A DNA stretch of 64,000 nt from Eledone cirrhosa (Eukaryota): the NCBI GenBank assembly GCA_964016885.1, contig OZ024740.1, forward strand, positions 87,296,001 through 87,360,000, read 5' to 3'. The notes beneath the pieces were generated by a model. It was not told the origin of the DNA. It saw nothing but the letters and a program-made list of their open reading frames with translations, and did not search any database. Within the stretch, counting starts at the first letter, position 1. Every line of letters starts with the position of its first letter. Below are positions 38,519 to 52,500 of this stretch, piece by piece. The position numbers and the translations under genes were made by a program.

Positions 38519-39781
38519 AGAAGGCTCTGAACAACAGAGTATGTAATCCAATAACTTAAACTATGAAGGGGGATGTACATTGAATTGCAATGATAGTAGC
38601 ATCTAGATGGAAACCTCTTAATACTTTGGCAGTAGTTACTTTGTCAAAAAATAAACCAAAAGCAATATGTGTCTCTCTTGCAAACCTGTTCTTTATTACC
38701 CTTTCTTACCTTTAAATATATGCACTGAATTTTAATTGCAACGAAATAATTAGCAATATATTATTAATGTTCTTTTAGAAAGAAGCAAATAGGGTGCCAG
38801 GGCATCAGCCTTAAAATATATCATTTAATATGGTGCATCATTTTTTTTAATTTTATTCTTTTAGTTTTGTGACTAGCACTATGGTATCTTATTAAATTAT
38901 CATAAAATGAAGGATTAATGGGTATATTATGTAAAATCTTCATATCTAAATACACTATCATTAAAAACACCCAAGTAACCTCCTGTGAGTTACAACCTCG
39001 TGGGTGGCCAGCTAAATTTACACGCGAGTGAGCTGTAAATTTATTTTTTCATAAATAATATACTCAAAATTTGATCAGATAACTGATCCTTATAAAATAT
39101 ATTAACATTTCCAAATAAACTATACAAAAATAAAAATGAAAAAAAAATAAAAATAAAACAAAGAAAACATTAAAAAAAAAAGCAAATGTTACACCCATGA
39201 TTGAAAAGCATATTCTAGCTACACCTTTCATTGAATAGCTTATCTCACCTACACTCTATGTGCAAGATGACTAAAAACTTATCAGTGATATTTACTGAAC
39301 CAGCTATCAATTTCATGGAACTCCTTCCTCGGACATGATTCCCTGCATCCCAATTTGGCAGTAGAAAATAGTCCAAAAATCAAGGACACCAGACGTTTCA
39401 ACAGTAAGCCAGCATGAAACAGAATCTCTATATTTCATGATGGGATATTTTGTTTCCAATCTGATTTTATTAAATGTCCAACAAGAAATAAACATATAAC
39501 ATACAAAAATACTGTTTCAGTCTCTCGACCTGGGAATTACAATTACAAATTATCATTTACTTCTATTTTGGTTGTGGTTTCGATTCTATTATTCTATTAC
39601 TACAGCATAATAACAGATAAAATTTCACAAGTAACTTTACATGAATATCATTTGTTCCTTTACATAAATATTTGTTCCTTAATTTTCTTCCTCAATAATT
39701 GAAAAGCAAAAACAAAACTAATAAAAATATTAACCAGCATATGTCCTCTAAGTATATAGTAACCTCTTTTTCAAGCTTTAA

Positions 39782-39992
39782 CCCTTTAGCATTTACATTA
39801 TTTTATATTCACAGTAAAGGCTTTATCTTCCATAATGTTCTTACATACATAATATAGTATCTACAAGATTTTGATGTTATTTATTTTCAGAACAATAGCT
39901 TAGTGTCGATATGAGCAGCCAGTTACAGCCAGTTTGGACAGAAATAGGTGAAAGAGTTCTGGCCAGATACGGCCAGTTTCAAAGCTAAAGGG
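39782..39992. mobile_element. piggyBac-related MITE (family 1), TTAA TSD
   Basis: ttaa|ccctttagc ... ggccagatacggccagttt..gctaaaggg|ttaa; opposite orientation to 33997. Confidence 0.87.
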
Positions 39993-40320
39993 TTAAACTA
40001 AAATTACTACAATAGAAGAAATATTAGTAAAATCCCATTCATATTTCACTAGATATATTTGTTTCTAAAAAAGAGATATTGAAAAAAATAATATGGCTTT
40101 CCCATTCATATTACTGGAATAATACAAGATGTAAGCCCTGGTCGTATATTCGACTTTCTTAATTTCTGTTTCAAGTTGTAGTACAAACTGGACTATCCTT
40201 AAACGGATTCATCTGTGTATCATTTTTTTTTAGAAGTTGTTAGCCTCCCATTCAACTCTTCTCCATTTCTGAAATCATAGAGACTGTTTTTTTGTTGTTG
40301 TTTTTTATTATCATTAGAAA

Positions 40321-40545
40321 TAAGGGTGGTGAATTGGCAGCAGCAGTATAGTAATGGACAACATTCTTTGTAGCATATAGTTGCAGCCCTTCACATTCTA
40401 AATTCAAATTCTGCTGAGGTTAGCTATGCTTGTCATCCTTACGGGGTCGATAAAATAAAGTACCAATAATACACTGGGGTTAATTTAATTGAGTTTCTCC
40501 TTCCCCAAAAATTATACGCCTTGTGCCTAAATCAGAAACTATCGT
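40321..40545 (+). mobile_element. SINE family A copy
   Basis: agggtggtgaattggcag..tcatccttacggggtcgataaaataaagtacc..ccttgtgcctaaatcagaaac. Confidence 0.88.
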
Positions 40546-41472
40546 TAGAAATATGGTAACAAAAGGGTTAAAAACATTTTAAAATATTCTTTTTGAAATT
40601 TGCATGTTGAGATAATTCTTCCATCAGAAGTTAATTAAGTACCTTTCACCTAATCAACAAGCATGTACTTTAGCTAATAAACTAATTTACAAAGCTTACA
40701 TAAACTGGGTATAAATTATTTTAATAGACCAACTTCAACATCAGTCTTTCTTAAATATTCAATAATTACTTATACTACAGTTTGCCAGAAGCCCAAGTTT
40801 GCCAATTGTTCACAGAGAAATATTAAATAATTTCATAAACGATATTTTGCATATTTTGCTGGAAGCTTCAAATACCAAATGAAGAACATTCATGGATGCC
40901 ATGTAATATCTTAAATACATTATCCCATGTCTGCAAGAGGAAAATGGTTCAAAAAGGTTAACATATTCATATATTATTAAAGCAGGTGTTTAAAGTTTGC
41001 CTGCATTTACAAATGCCTCACTTTTCACATGAATGATAAATACATCAGCAAGCTATAATCAAGCACATACTATTACAGTAACAAGTTTTCCTAAAGAATG
41101 CAATAACACTAGAAAGATATTCCAGCAAGAAAAGAAGACTGATATCTGACCAAGTGTTTTTATAATAGCAATAATAAATATTCATATATATATATATCTA
41201 TTGATTTAAGACCTGTTGAATTGTATATTGAAATGATATAAAGTGTAGCTCAATTTCTTCTTTGAAATACATTTTCTTATGTAGTTAGTGATGCACCATA
41301 TATCAAAAGAGAGAGGTTACAATCTTCCTACATGTAAAAGGACAATATCTTGTAGATCATGAAAACTATAGTATGCTAATGTCATTATCTGAGAAATTGT
41401 TTAATCATATTTATGGTCTATATTCACTATACAAATCTGCCTTAAACACATCTCTAAACTGCCAGAGCTAGC

Positions 41473-41705
<233 letters not shown>

Positions 41706-42180
41706 TGTGTTAATAATATGAAAAATAAGCTGCACATTGTAAGGAGATCCCTGTTAAAATTGTTATCACAGCAGAATCTAATGTTGTAAAGTCTTGTTGA
41801 TCAATATGAGCACAATCATTTTCAAGTATTTTTTAAAAAGCTATTGAATGACCTGGTTCCACAAATTCCTGGTAGAATTATTCTTAATGTTTCATTGATT
41901 CCGCAAACTTCTGATTATTGATCAATATCACAAGGAAACAGTATGCAGAAAGCAATAGAATAGAATATTGCAGGAAATATAAAAGAATTATTTTTTTCAA
42001 CATATGCTTTCAGAAAAATGTTACAGCTTGATTTTTCACCCTAACACCCTTATTTAAATTTCAAGTATTGCAAATTAAATAATAGTAAGTAAAAATGCAG
42101 AATTATTAAAGCTCTGGTTTGTTTTGAAAACTGATTTTTCATGTTTAGAAAAATGTATTAAAAAGATACTTTGATCATCC

Positions 42181-42182
<2 letters not shown>

Positions 42183-42219
<37 letters not shown>
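42183..42219. repeat. (CA)n microsatellite
   Basis: Directly visible. Confidence 0.95.
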
Positions 42220-42221
<2 letters not shown>

Positions 42222-43698
42222 CATTTCAATTAATATCCCCTCCCCATTTCCATTAAAGTCTACACAATATGTTATGAACAGGGAAGGTGAATGAATGAAT
42301 CAATAGCTAATAGGAATTTGTCCATACGCCAGTAATGTTCTAAAATAGATATTTGAAACAGGTTTATTGACTCTCTGAAAAACATTTGTAACCATCACAA
42401 GTTATGCAGTTTTATGGTTAGACAAAGTTCAGCTAAGAACATAAAAGTTATAATCTGTATGATATATATATGTAACAAAACCTATGAACATGATACGAAT
42501 ATAAGATCGGCCATTAAAATAATATATAAATGAAAACGAGAGTTTAATGTACTGCTACACAAGCCAGAAATATAACAATCTTTGAAGGGGAAAATAAAAA
42601 TTCACCAACTCCAAGTATACAGGTTACATAAACAAATAAATAAATATATATTAACCCTGTTTTAAGGATATCATTAATTGTAGCATAATGGTTAAGATAC
42701 TGACCCAACCATACATTGATTATGGATAAAAATTTCATAAATATTGCATATTGCTCTCTGTTACACTTCTTGATTCAATTTACATCATCATCATCATCAT
42801 TTTACATCTACTTGCAAGCAAGGAAAGCGGGCATAAAATGATGATGATGTCCATGGAGAAATGAGTTGGGTAAATTGCCACAGTCAATGTCAGTTCTACT
42901 TTAAAGTTACCACTCTCATAGATGGGTTGGGAGACTGCATTGTGATCATACAGTCCAATGTTCTACAGCTGGGGGCCCTTCCTAACACCAACCACTTAAA
43001 AGAGTGTATTGGGTGCATTTTATCAAAGCCCCAAGACTACAGATACTTATGTCTTTAGCAGAATTAAGATATCCTCTGAACCCTAAACTGGTCCTGCTTG
43101 CTTGCTACCAACTACTTCAGTGAAAAATATGTACTCTTTCGAGTTTATGACTAGGCACTTATAAATGAAAATATGCACACCATTTAATCTATGCAAAAGA
43201 AAAACAAAATAATGATTTCTGGTTTGAAACATTCCTCTGATGTTACTAGCATTACATGCTTCAAATTCCATTGTAAGATATTCCAATTCCTTCTGTTATA
43301 AGTTCATTTTCTTTTTTCATTTTACTGTTTCAGAAATGGTTTTCTAACATAATTATGAACCTTAATTAATGAAAAGTGACAAGAATTTGTGTTTACAGCA
43401 CCATCGGTCATACACAGTCTTCAGAGTATTTTATATTAACAAATGCTCATTATGTTTACCTTCATATCATTAAGCTTGTATTTTAATGAAACCCTGTGAT
43501 GAAAGAGAAACAATTACATTGGGGAAGAGTCATTTTAGCCATTAATAAAAACGTAATATTCGCTTTTCATTTATGTTGTGGTGTCAACATATGTCTTAAT
43601 TGTTGACCAGATCATTGACACAATTCCACTACAACTGCAATTAAATTGTGTCAGTGACTATGCTGCAAAGAGTGCAAAAGAATCTCTGACAACCTTAA

Positions 43699-43863
43699 CC
43701 CTTTAACATTTACATTACTCTATATTTACTATTACATTGTCATGATAAAAGCTTTACCTCACATTATTATCTCACATAACATCTAATCTATGAGATTTTG
43801 ATATTATTTATGTTGAGAACAATACCTTGATATCATTATGAGGGCAGTTAAAATGCTAAAGAG
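43699..43863. mobile_element. Internally deleted MITE family 1
   Basis: ttaa|ccctttaacatttacattac ... aatgctaaagag|ttag; colinear with 39782. Confidence 0.75.
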
Positions 43864-44041
43864 TTAGATTAATTTAAGGTAAATATAACAGATTTTGTAC
43901 ATGTAATTTGAATAGCTAAAATGGAATCTTTCACAACGTTTGGGCTTTAAATTTGAAGTAATTCCTGACATTAAAATAAATTTAAGGTGACGTCTAGAAG
44001 GAAATACTTCTTTTTCAATGTTTTCCGCACACAGAGTAAAA

Positions 44042-44446
44042 TCTATATACTGCTAAAACTCTGTGATTGCTTACTGGCTTTCTTGTCTGTAATGTAATAC
44101 AGCCAAAAGGGCACATAATGGGAAATACTTTGAAAGGAAGTTGACCCTGAAATGGGATAAAACAAGTTTCGCGTGAATCGGCGCATGGGTTCCGGAGATA
44201 TGGGCTTTTTCCAGGTACTTTGAGAGAGAGAGGAAGAGAGAAAGAGAGTGGTTGTGAAAGAGTAGATGGAAAGAGAGACATAGAGAGAGGGAGAGGAAAC
44301 TGAGGAGAGTGGAAGAGAGATAGAGAGGGAGAGATGGTGGTGGTGTTGTGTGTGTGTGTATAGATCAGAGGCTCACACACACATATATACACACGCGCGC
44401 GCGTGCGTGCGTGCGTGCGTGTGTGTATATATATATATACACACAT

Positions 44447-44492
<46 letters not shown>

Positions 44493-44520
44493 ACACACAC
44501 ACACACACATTTATATATAT

Positions 44521-44571
<51 letters not shown>

Positions 44572-44716
44572 TACGTATATATATATATATGGGCCTTCCA
44601 ATTTCATTTCACATTATATATATGTCTGTATATTTTAATTATTTAAAAATTATTTTTAAGTGAACATGATTTTTAAAAAATAGTGAACGTGACCCAACGG
44701 GTCACGGGTGGTTTAG
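44042..44716 (+). mobile_element. Non-autonomous Helitron carrying microsatellites
   Basis: A|TCTATATAC 5' end; CpG-rich aagtttcgcgtgaatcggcg; subterminal hairpin cgtgaccc-aac-gggtcacg (44688-44706); TTAG|T 3' end (variant of CTAG); no TSD. Confidence 0.75.
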
Positions 44717-45094
44717 TTCTTAATATAATCCCTATATACATGTTGACAAAAATGTTTCCTCTATCAATATACTGACTTATAGGCCAACATCAGCTGTTGC
44801 TAGTCTTAAAGACAGGTGGTTCTCATTATATAGAGTATTGTCGTAAATACTATCCTATCTTTTTAGTTAGTATCCCCCTTCTTTTCATTTTTGTATACAT
44901 TTTTGCCACTGATGAAACTGAGTACAGTATCAAGGTCTCTGAGAATGGAAACAGAAAGAGATGAATGAATCCTGAAACCGGATGGATACCAGACCAAAAT
45001 GCGTGTAGCAGTGTCAATGCTAATACCACCACAAGGCCTGATTGGGCTGTTAAAATAGAAAACAGATTAAGTCTACCGTTTATAAAAGTTACAA

Positions 45095-45640
45095 CAGGAA
45101 TTGAACTCAAAAAGCTGCTCTTATACCTCCATTCACCACCATGGACTGGTATTTTATTTCATTAACCTCACAATGATGAAAGGCAATGTTGACTTTGGTG
45201 GAATTTCAAATCAAACCATAGTATGCCAAAACTAATGATTCTGATTTAGGCACATGGTCAACCATTTTTGGGGAGAATAAAGTCGATTAAATCAACCCCA
45301 GTGCGTTACTGGTACTTTATTTCATTTACCCTGTAAGAATGAAAGACAAAGTGGGATTTGAACTCAAAACACAAAGAATCGTAACTATGCCACAAAGCAT
45401 ATTGTCCAATACGCTACTAATATTGCCAATCCACAGTCCTTAATAATGCTTTCTGATTTAAGCACAAGGCCAACAATTCTGTGGGATGGGAAAGTCAATT
45501 AAATAGATCAGTACCTTACTGGTACTTTATTTTATCGCCACCACCCCATAAGGATAAAAGGCAAAGCTAACCATAGAGCATAAAGGGATATAACTCTATA
45601 TTGCAAAGTATTTTGTCCTATGCTTTAATGATTGTCAATT
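45095..45640 (-). mobile_element. Three tandem degenerate SINE family A copies
   Basis: Repeated ctggtactttattt..gaaaggcaa..ggatttgaactca and ctgatttaggcac. Confidence 0.8.
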
Positions 45641-46949
45641 TTCCATCTATACTTCAAGCAGCAACCAAGGCTCTTTATGCTATTGTAAACATGAACTGTC
45701 TAACAAAGTGTATAGGAGTGAAGAAGGCTGCAAATCTTTGAACATTACTTCTCATCTGCTGTCAAACTAGTTTATAATACAAACAGCATCCAGCCATAAT
45801 AGGCTTAGACAAAGGCTTGATGTATTTTAGGGCATCCATCCATGCCAGTAATAAAATATTAATGCAAAACCCAGGATAATATATGATTTCTATAACCTAA
45901 ACTGCATTAGTAACTATTTTTATATTAGAATAATTACTTTAACATAAAACATTGATGTTTATTGTGTGCAATAGTTGCTGTGCACTATTTCTCAACCACA
46001 TAAATTTTCAACATACTTGGAATCTTTTTTGACCACCTACAGTTAAAGCACCTGAGTTATTTGAAATTTCATAATGTTAAAAATATCAATATTTATGATC
46101 AGCAGATATGAATACCAGATTCACAGATGTGGCAGCATATGTCAATGTTAATGGCATAAATTGAAACTATTGCTGGGAACCTGAACAATAGCCACCGAGT
46201 TACTGATGGATTCTATTGTCCTGATGGGTGGTATTCTTCTCAGCACTTCATACTGTCAAAATTATGTACTATTTACTTACTTTTGACACAATTGGTCATA
46301 TCTGAAAACGAACCTTAACACACACTGCCATGTGCATACATAAATTGCCTGTTCTAATTACAGTTACTCTAAAAACTCATTTCTGTATAAATGACCCCGT
46401 ACTGACAGTTTCATTAAACCTTCATATTTATTCTTTCTTTCTGCCAATATTCCAGTTCAACAGTAATTTACTGAGGTTATATTTTCGTGTCTTTTATTTC
46501 CAATTAGATGGAAAATTACTTCACTATTTCCTAACATCTAACACCACAATATACCTAAATTATTTCTCACGTTTCTATAGTAAACCATCTTCGTATTTAA
46601 TTCAAACAATAATTACACTTTAGTGCACAATTTCCTTACAATTATCTATAAGTCTTTCATTTTTATGACTCAAATATGTAGATCAAAAACTTCAATCATA
46701 CATTGCTAATATACATAAGATGGTTTATGAAGGGTATTCATATTATATCAGTATTTCTGTTATTTACACAAATGAACATGTTGCTCATAACTAATTCATA
46801 GTCAAAACCAGGACAATCAATGAAGATGAGAATGTAAACTACTTCTGAAATTAAGACAATTTAAATATCTCATTCAATGTACTGAGAGCAGTTATAGATA
46901 TAGAAATAGACCTCCATCGTTTCTGGTGAAAACATTCTTCCAGTTGTTT

Positions 46950-47260
46950 GATCAACAAAACAGCCTACCCATGAAATTAACATGCAAGTGGCCGACCATT
47001 CCATGGATAAATGTACCCTCAACATAATTCTCAAGGAGATTCATTGCAGCAGAATATATGATGAAATTCCCTATTTGAATTACAAGTACACTCCACCCAA
47101 TGAACTTTCAAACAGTTTCCTTCTACGAAATTTCACTCACAGTTTGGATTGACCCAAGGTTATAGTATATTACACTTGCCCAAGATGCCATGCAGTGGGA
47201 TTGAACATGGAACATAATGATTATGAAGTGATGTTCTTGCCTATTTTGCCATGCTGTGTA
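46950..47260 (-). mobile_element. Degenerate SINE pieces (family C head plus other body)
   Basis: cacttgcccaagatgccatgcagtgggattgaac is the reverse complement of a B box plus CORE-like segment. Confidence 0.6.
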
Positions 47261-49386
47261 CATAGTTTAAGATATAGATAATTATTTTCATATAAGACAT
47301 ACATCATTCTCAAAACTAGGAGAATCAACAAATTAGATAAAATATAAACATATTTGTTGAAGAAATAAGAGTTTATATTTGAATATGATCTGATGCTGAA
47401 AGCTGGTCAAAGAACAAACAGACTGTCCTACTTACAAGGCAAACAGGAAAAAGTAAGGAATGATTTTGTGATGAATTAGCAAGTTAACTGAATGCTAGTT
47501 GTTTACAGAGCATGATGTGCACATATTGATTCATCTGTTATATAGTTTTAAATCTATCTGATCTACTAATAGATATTGTGAAAATACTGAACTAACAACA
47601 TCTTAAAGTGTTTTAGAATTACTAACAGCTACCGTATTTGCCTTCAGAAAAATCTGTCATATTTAAAGTGAGAATTATCATACCTAAGGAATAATAAAGA
47701 GAGATATTTCCAACGGGATTTATAGTAATCATACTGTTGATCTCTTTCCAATACAAGACAACACAGAAAATGTCTATAAATTACATAAAACTAAGTGTTT
47801 TCTATATTTATAACTATACTAAAAACTGTATTATGGCCTAAAAGGTAATGTACTAAAATAAATCTTATCAATTCATATCCAGTTATGATCCCAGTAACAT
47901 GTACTTTGAAGATCAGTCATGGATTATATTATTTAAAATTTATATAAATTATCTACAATGAGGGGAATAAAATGGTTAATTACTATTTCCAATATTATCA
48001 TTATCCAGAATGGAAACCATCATATATGCATTAGATACAGACTTATGTGAACACTTGAGGTTGAAACATATTAATGTTATATATATATATATGTAAGAAA
48101 TGTTTAACTTGATATATTGCATTTTTTCTTTCTATGATCCATATATATTATTATAACACAAGTAATCTTTTAAGTTACAAGCAGACTGTCTGTATACAAT
48201 TGCAGATTTGTGTTGGTTATTTTCTAAAGCTTGTATAGATATTTTCATTTTGACATCACAACAGTACAGTTTTTTTTTTGTCTTATTTTATTTTATTTAC
48301 TTTTATTTATTTCCTTACAGAATTTAGAAAGAAAAACAGTTTATTTCTATTGAACATTTTACAATTTTGTATACATATATAAAAGAAAATGAAATGGCCA
48401 TATTATGCCATAGATGTATTTATTTCTTAGTAATTCTAGTGTTTATTCAAAATTTTGCCGAGGAAAATAGTTTTAACTGTCATTTTGCTCTCAGTAAATG
48501 CATCCTCTAAAACTCACTATGACAACTTATTAGATGTCATTCAGTTGAAAATTTCAACAATCAAACATATCTATCTTCCATTCTGCTTCAATCTGTTTGA
48601 CAGATAAATTATTTTCCACTCACTTTTTAACAACTTTACTTTCTATTTTAATGTTAAATCTTACAAAAATATTTTTCTTAATAAAACTTCTGCCACTTTT
48701 AGACTTGAATGTAGCTATATTTTTGTACAAGACTATATATCTAACACAATAAACCTTTCTGACAAAGAAAACATACTTCTAAAAGATGAAACTTTTTTCT
48801 CCAATATTCAAGAACAAGACATAAAATTTACCACACATTTTCTCACCTTTTGTATACTGGCATTACTGTGAATATTGCATTTAATTTTGTAATATATTAC
48901 TCTTCCTATGATTCCTTATTAATCAACAATCAAACCACATTAATTGATGATTATTTGAGCAAACAGATAAATGAAATTGGTTGATATTATTAAATGATAT
49001 TGGGAGATGAGTAGCTAGCAAGTAACCAATTTCAATGGTCGAAGAGCATAAATGTGTTAATTGGATATCTGCTATACTGATAATCCAAAGAGCATTGAAT
49101 CAGAAAAAAAGATAAGTTGTAAAAATTGTCCAACTTAAGCCATTATTTCACATTTGTAACCATTAACAGAATAATTACAAGAGATAGTGTTTAGATGCAC
49201 AATCTTTATCTTTAAGTGTGCGCACAATTGATTGTTCAAGCAAAAAAAGATAATAGCAGTTAGTTGCTGGCATGAAATTCTTTTCACAATTATAGAATAA
49301 CCCATGTTATTGTAAAGAAATAAGGCATAGAGGCAACCAATATATTATTCAGAAAAATACAGAATTTAACACTTTGGGTTCTTAAT

Positions 49387-49572
49387 AATTGTTTCTACTT
49401 TTGGCACAAGGCCAGCAATCATACCAGTGCATTACTGGTACTTTATTTTATCGACCCCGTAAGGATGAAAGGCAAAGTTAACCTCGGTGGGATTTGAACT
49501 CAGATCATAAAGGCCCGTAACTCCATGCTGCAAACCATGGCGTCCGACCCTCTAACGATACTGTCAATCCAC
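49387..49572 (-). mobile_element. Full-length SINE family A with 17-bp TSD
   Basis: TSD cactttgggttcttaat at 49370-49386 and 49573-49589. Confidence 0.96.
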
Positions 49573-52500
49573 CACTTTGGGTTCTTAATCATGGTTCACA
49601 AGACCAACAGAGTTAGACACTTGTAAATGATAATTAGAAGAGATAAACTAGTTATCAGGTAAAACAAGTAGTGTTACTTCTATTCTTTCCATCATCAAAT
49701 TTGTTCAGATCCACATACTTTGGTATCAGTTGGATAAGTAGAGTTAGTTAACTAGTTACCAAGCATTCACTCCAATTTCATGAATAGAATAAACAATGGA
49801 TTGATTTTAAACTTAGAAAACAAGTAAAAGTAACTGTATATCTAAGATGATGAATTTGGTTATAACTTTGAGTCACATCACCACATGTTCATATACTTGG
49901 GTTGGTGTAGCTATTATACAAACATTCTGGACTGTAATATTATAGGAAAATAGAATTATTGATCTGTGTGTGAATTTTATAGCCACTACTGCTCCTCTAT
50001 AGTATCACATTGAGTTACATCTATACCTAACACTGATACCTCGTCTTTAAACAGTAAATCACCACCATAGATCTTATAACACTTTTTCTTAATCTTCTAG
50101 AAATCCTTTTATGTCCAAAATATAAAGTGGTATGGGAACTTTGTGGCGAAAAATATTTAGATGTGCAGTCTGCAACTAGCGGAGTTTAACGTCACAAGAA
50201 GATGGGAAAAGCTCTTCTTCAATTACATGATTTTAAAGAATATAAGTTCTTTCTTTCAGACTGACAATAACATACAATAAGCATGCAAATACGTATTTGT
50301 GTGTGTGTATGTGCATGTGTATGTGCGTGCATGCACCCACACACACATATATACATGCACACATACAAAATCATAGTTGGTCAAATCTATAGGTGCCAAA
50401 CAATCAGTTATATCAGTTGTTCATCTGTGGTTAGCGTTATACAGTCTATATTATTAGGAAACCATGTATCCCTTAACAATTAGGAGCTAGTACAATGAAG
50501 CTGGACAGTTCACATTTGTAAGTAGCAGGACAGAGGATAACTTCCTATTCTTTACAAGAATTTAAACTTCAATTGTCCAAAATAACTCATTGTACTTCTG
50601 AAATTTGTTCACAAATACTTTTATTGATGGCAAAACTTGTGCTATCTTCCAGAGTTTAGTGGATTACATCAACCCCAGTACATACTTTATCAGCTTATAC
50701 TTACTATACTGACTAAATAGATGAAAGAGAAGTGGACCTAGGCAACATTTGAATTCAGAATATAAAAGAATCCAAAAGAAATATTTGGAATGGTGCTGTA
50801 CTGATTTTGCCATAGGCACAATATAAACCTATGGCATTCCAGAAACAAACAAATAAACAAATAAATGAAACTGAAAAAAACATAGGAATAATCTTAATCA
50901 CAGAAAAACATTTGAAAACATTTATGAAATAATTTTCAAAACTGCTATCAACTATGTTTGTCATTTATTGTTTTTAACTAACAATAATGGGAGAATATAT
51001 AAGATGAAATATTGGTAACTTGTAAAACTCAACCAAGCAATACCTAAAAACATTAACAATGATAGTACACCCCACTTAAAGATAGCTAAGCTCTTAACAA
51101 ATACTGAAAATTTTAAATAAAAGCTAATATAAAAGATTGTAAAAGCATAAAAGAATTCATATATTTTACATGGAACAACCTAAAGAATTATATGCCTAAT
51201 AGCTAAAATGCAAATTATTCACTTTTCTGCATCATTGTTGTTGGCAGCGTTTAGAATGGATACAATATATAATTATTTTAATTGTATGTCAGTTAGAAAA
51301 AATAAAAGAAATTAGAATATAAATTTATAAAACAAGGAATACAAATAAACCAATTTATTTTAAAGGATACTGTTGTAGAATATATTTTGGCTATTCTTGA
51401 TTTTAGGTAGGTAGATACATCTTTTATACTAGGAGGATATTTTTTTTTAATGCTGTAAATCTATGAATTAAACATTTTTTCAGTGAATTAACAATGGTGA
51501 TGTTCATGTCCATACACTATTCATTATGTGTACACACATTTCATAGGTACATTGTGTGGATTTGAAAGTGAAACTAAAAATATCATAGTCTTTAATATAT
51601 TATCATAAATACATTAATTTAATTCATAGTCAGCCAGCAACATGATGTATAGTACATGAAATATATCCAAATAATGAGTCATATGTTGATCATATCAATA
51701 TTTCAGCATATTTCTCCATTACATATTTTAAATAAACTTTCCATCATACCTTTTAATTATCTTTAAATCATCTTTCAACTTTCCAGTGAAAAGAAACTAT
51801 ATTTAATATGACACTTCTACAAATAATCAGATCATATTTGAATTCAAAAACATATTAATCATTAAATCATAGTAAAGTAAGAAAAGACATTAAGTAGAGC
51901 ATTGGATAATATTCTTTAAGGATACATTATCTTGTCGCTCTACATTTTTGGTTCTCTTCTACCTTTGTTAATCTATCTATCCCTTTGAGGTTGTCAACTT
52001 AGAACAAAGATGGGGGCAGATAAGTCAGTTGGTATGACCTTACAATTTTGAAGAACCCATGGTAGAAGATTTCATTAGTTTGCGTTAGTTAATGTTGACA
52101 ATGAAAGAGGTCAGCCACCAACTTTTAAGAGCTGGTAAATGATGGCAACAGCCAAAAAAGGTCAAATAATCCTTAGAAATAAGGAATTTTATCTCACAAG
52201 TAAAGCAACTGATAAAAATGTATTGATTTTTTATGGGATATAACCTTAACCATCATCCAATAGTGATATCACAGAATAGTCTACTTTACATATACAATTG
52301 CTTCTAGAACATCTTTTGCTTCTCAACACTAGCTACATTTATCTCCTCTTAGACTAAGCTCAATCACTATACCTATCTTTCTTCCTCTTGTATTTCAAAT
52401 ATTACACTATTTCTCTATTATGTGTTCCAGATGAAAGGCTGAGGCCATGCTGGGGCACCACCATTGTCCTAGATCCTACTCTAAGCTTTTTCCCAAATCA

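Noticed and set aside
39249-39460. Exon rescued by A-to-I stop-codon recoding
   Set aside because: All frames contain stops and no homologous protein is recognisable, so nothing supports recoding.
45670-46620. Possible decayed DNA-transposase region (HQDN-like peptide on minus strand)
   Set aside because: One short motif only; no TIRs or extended homology visible.
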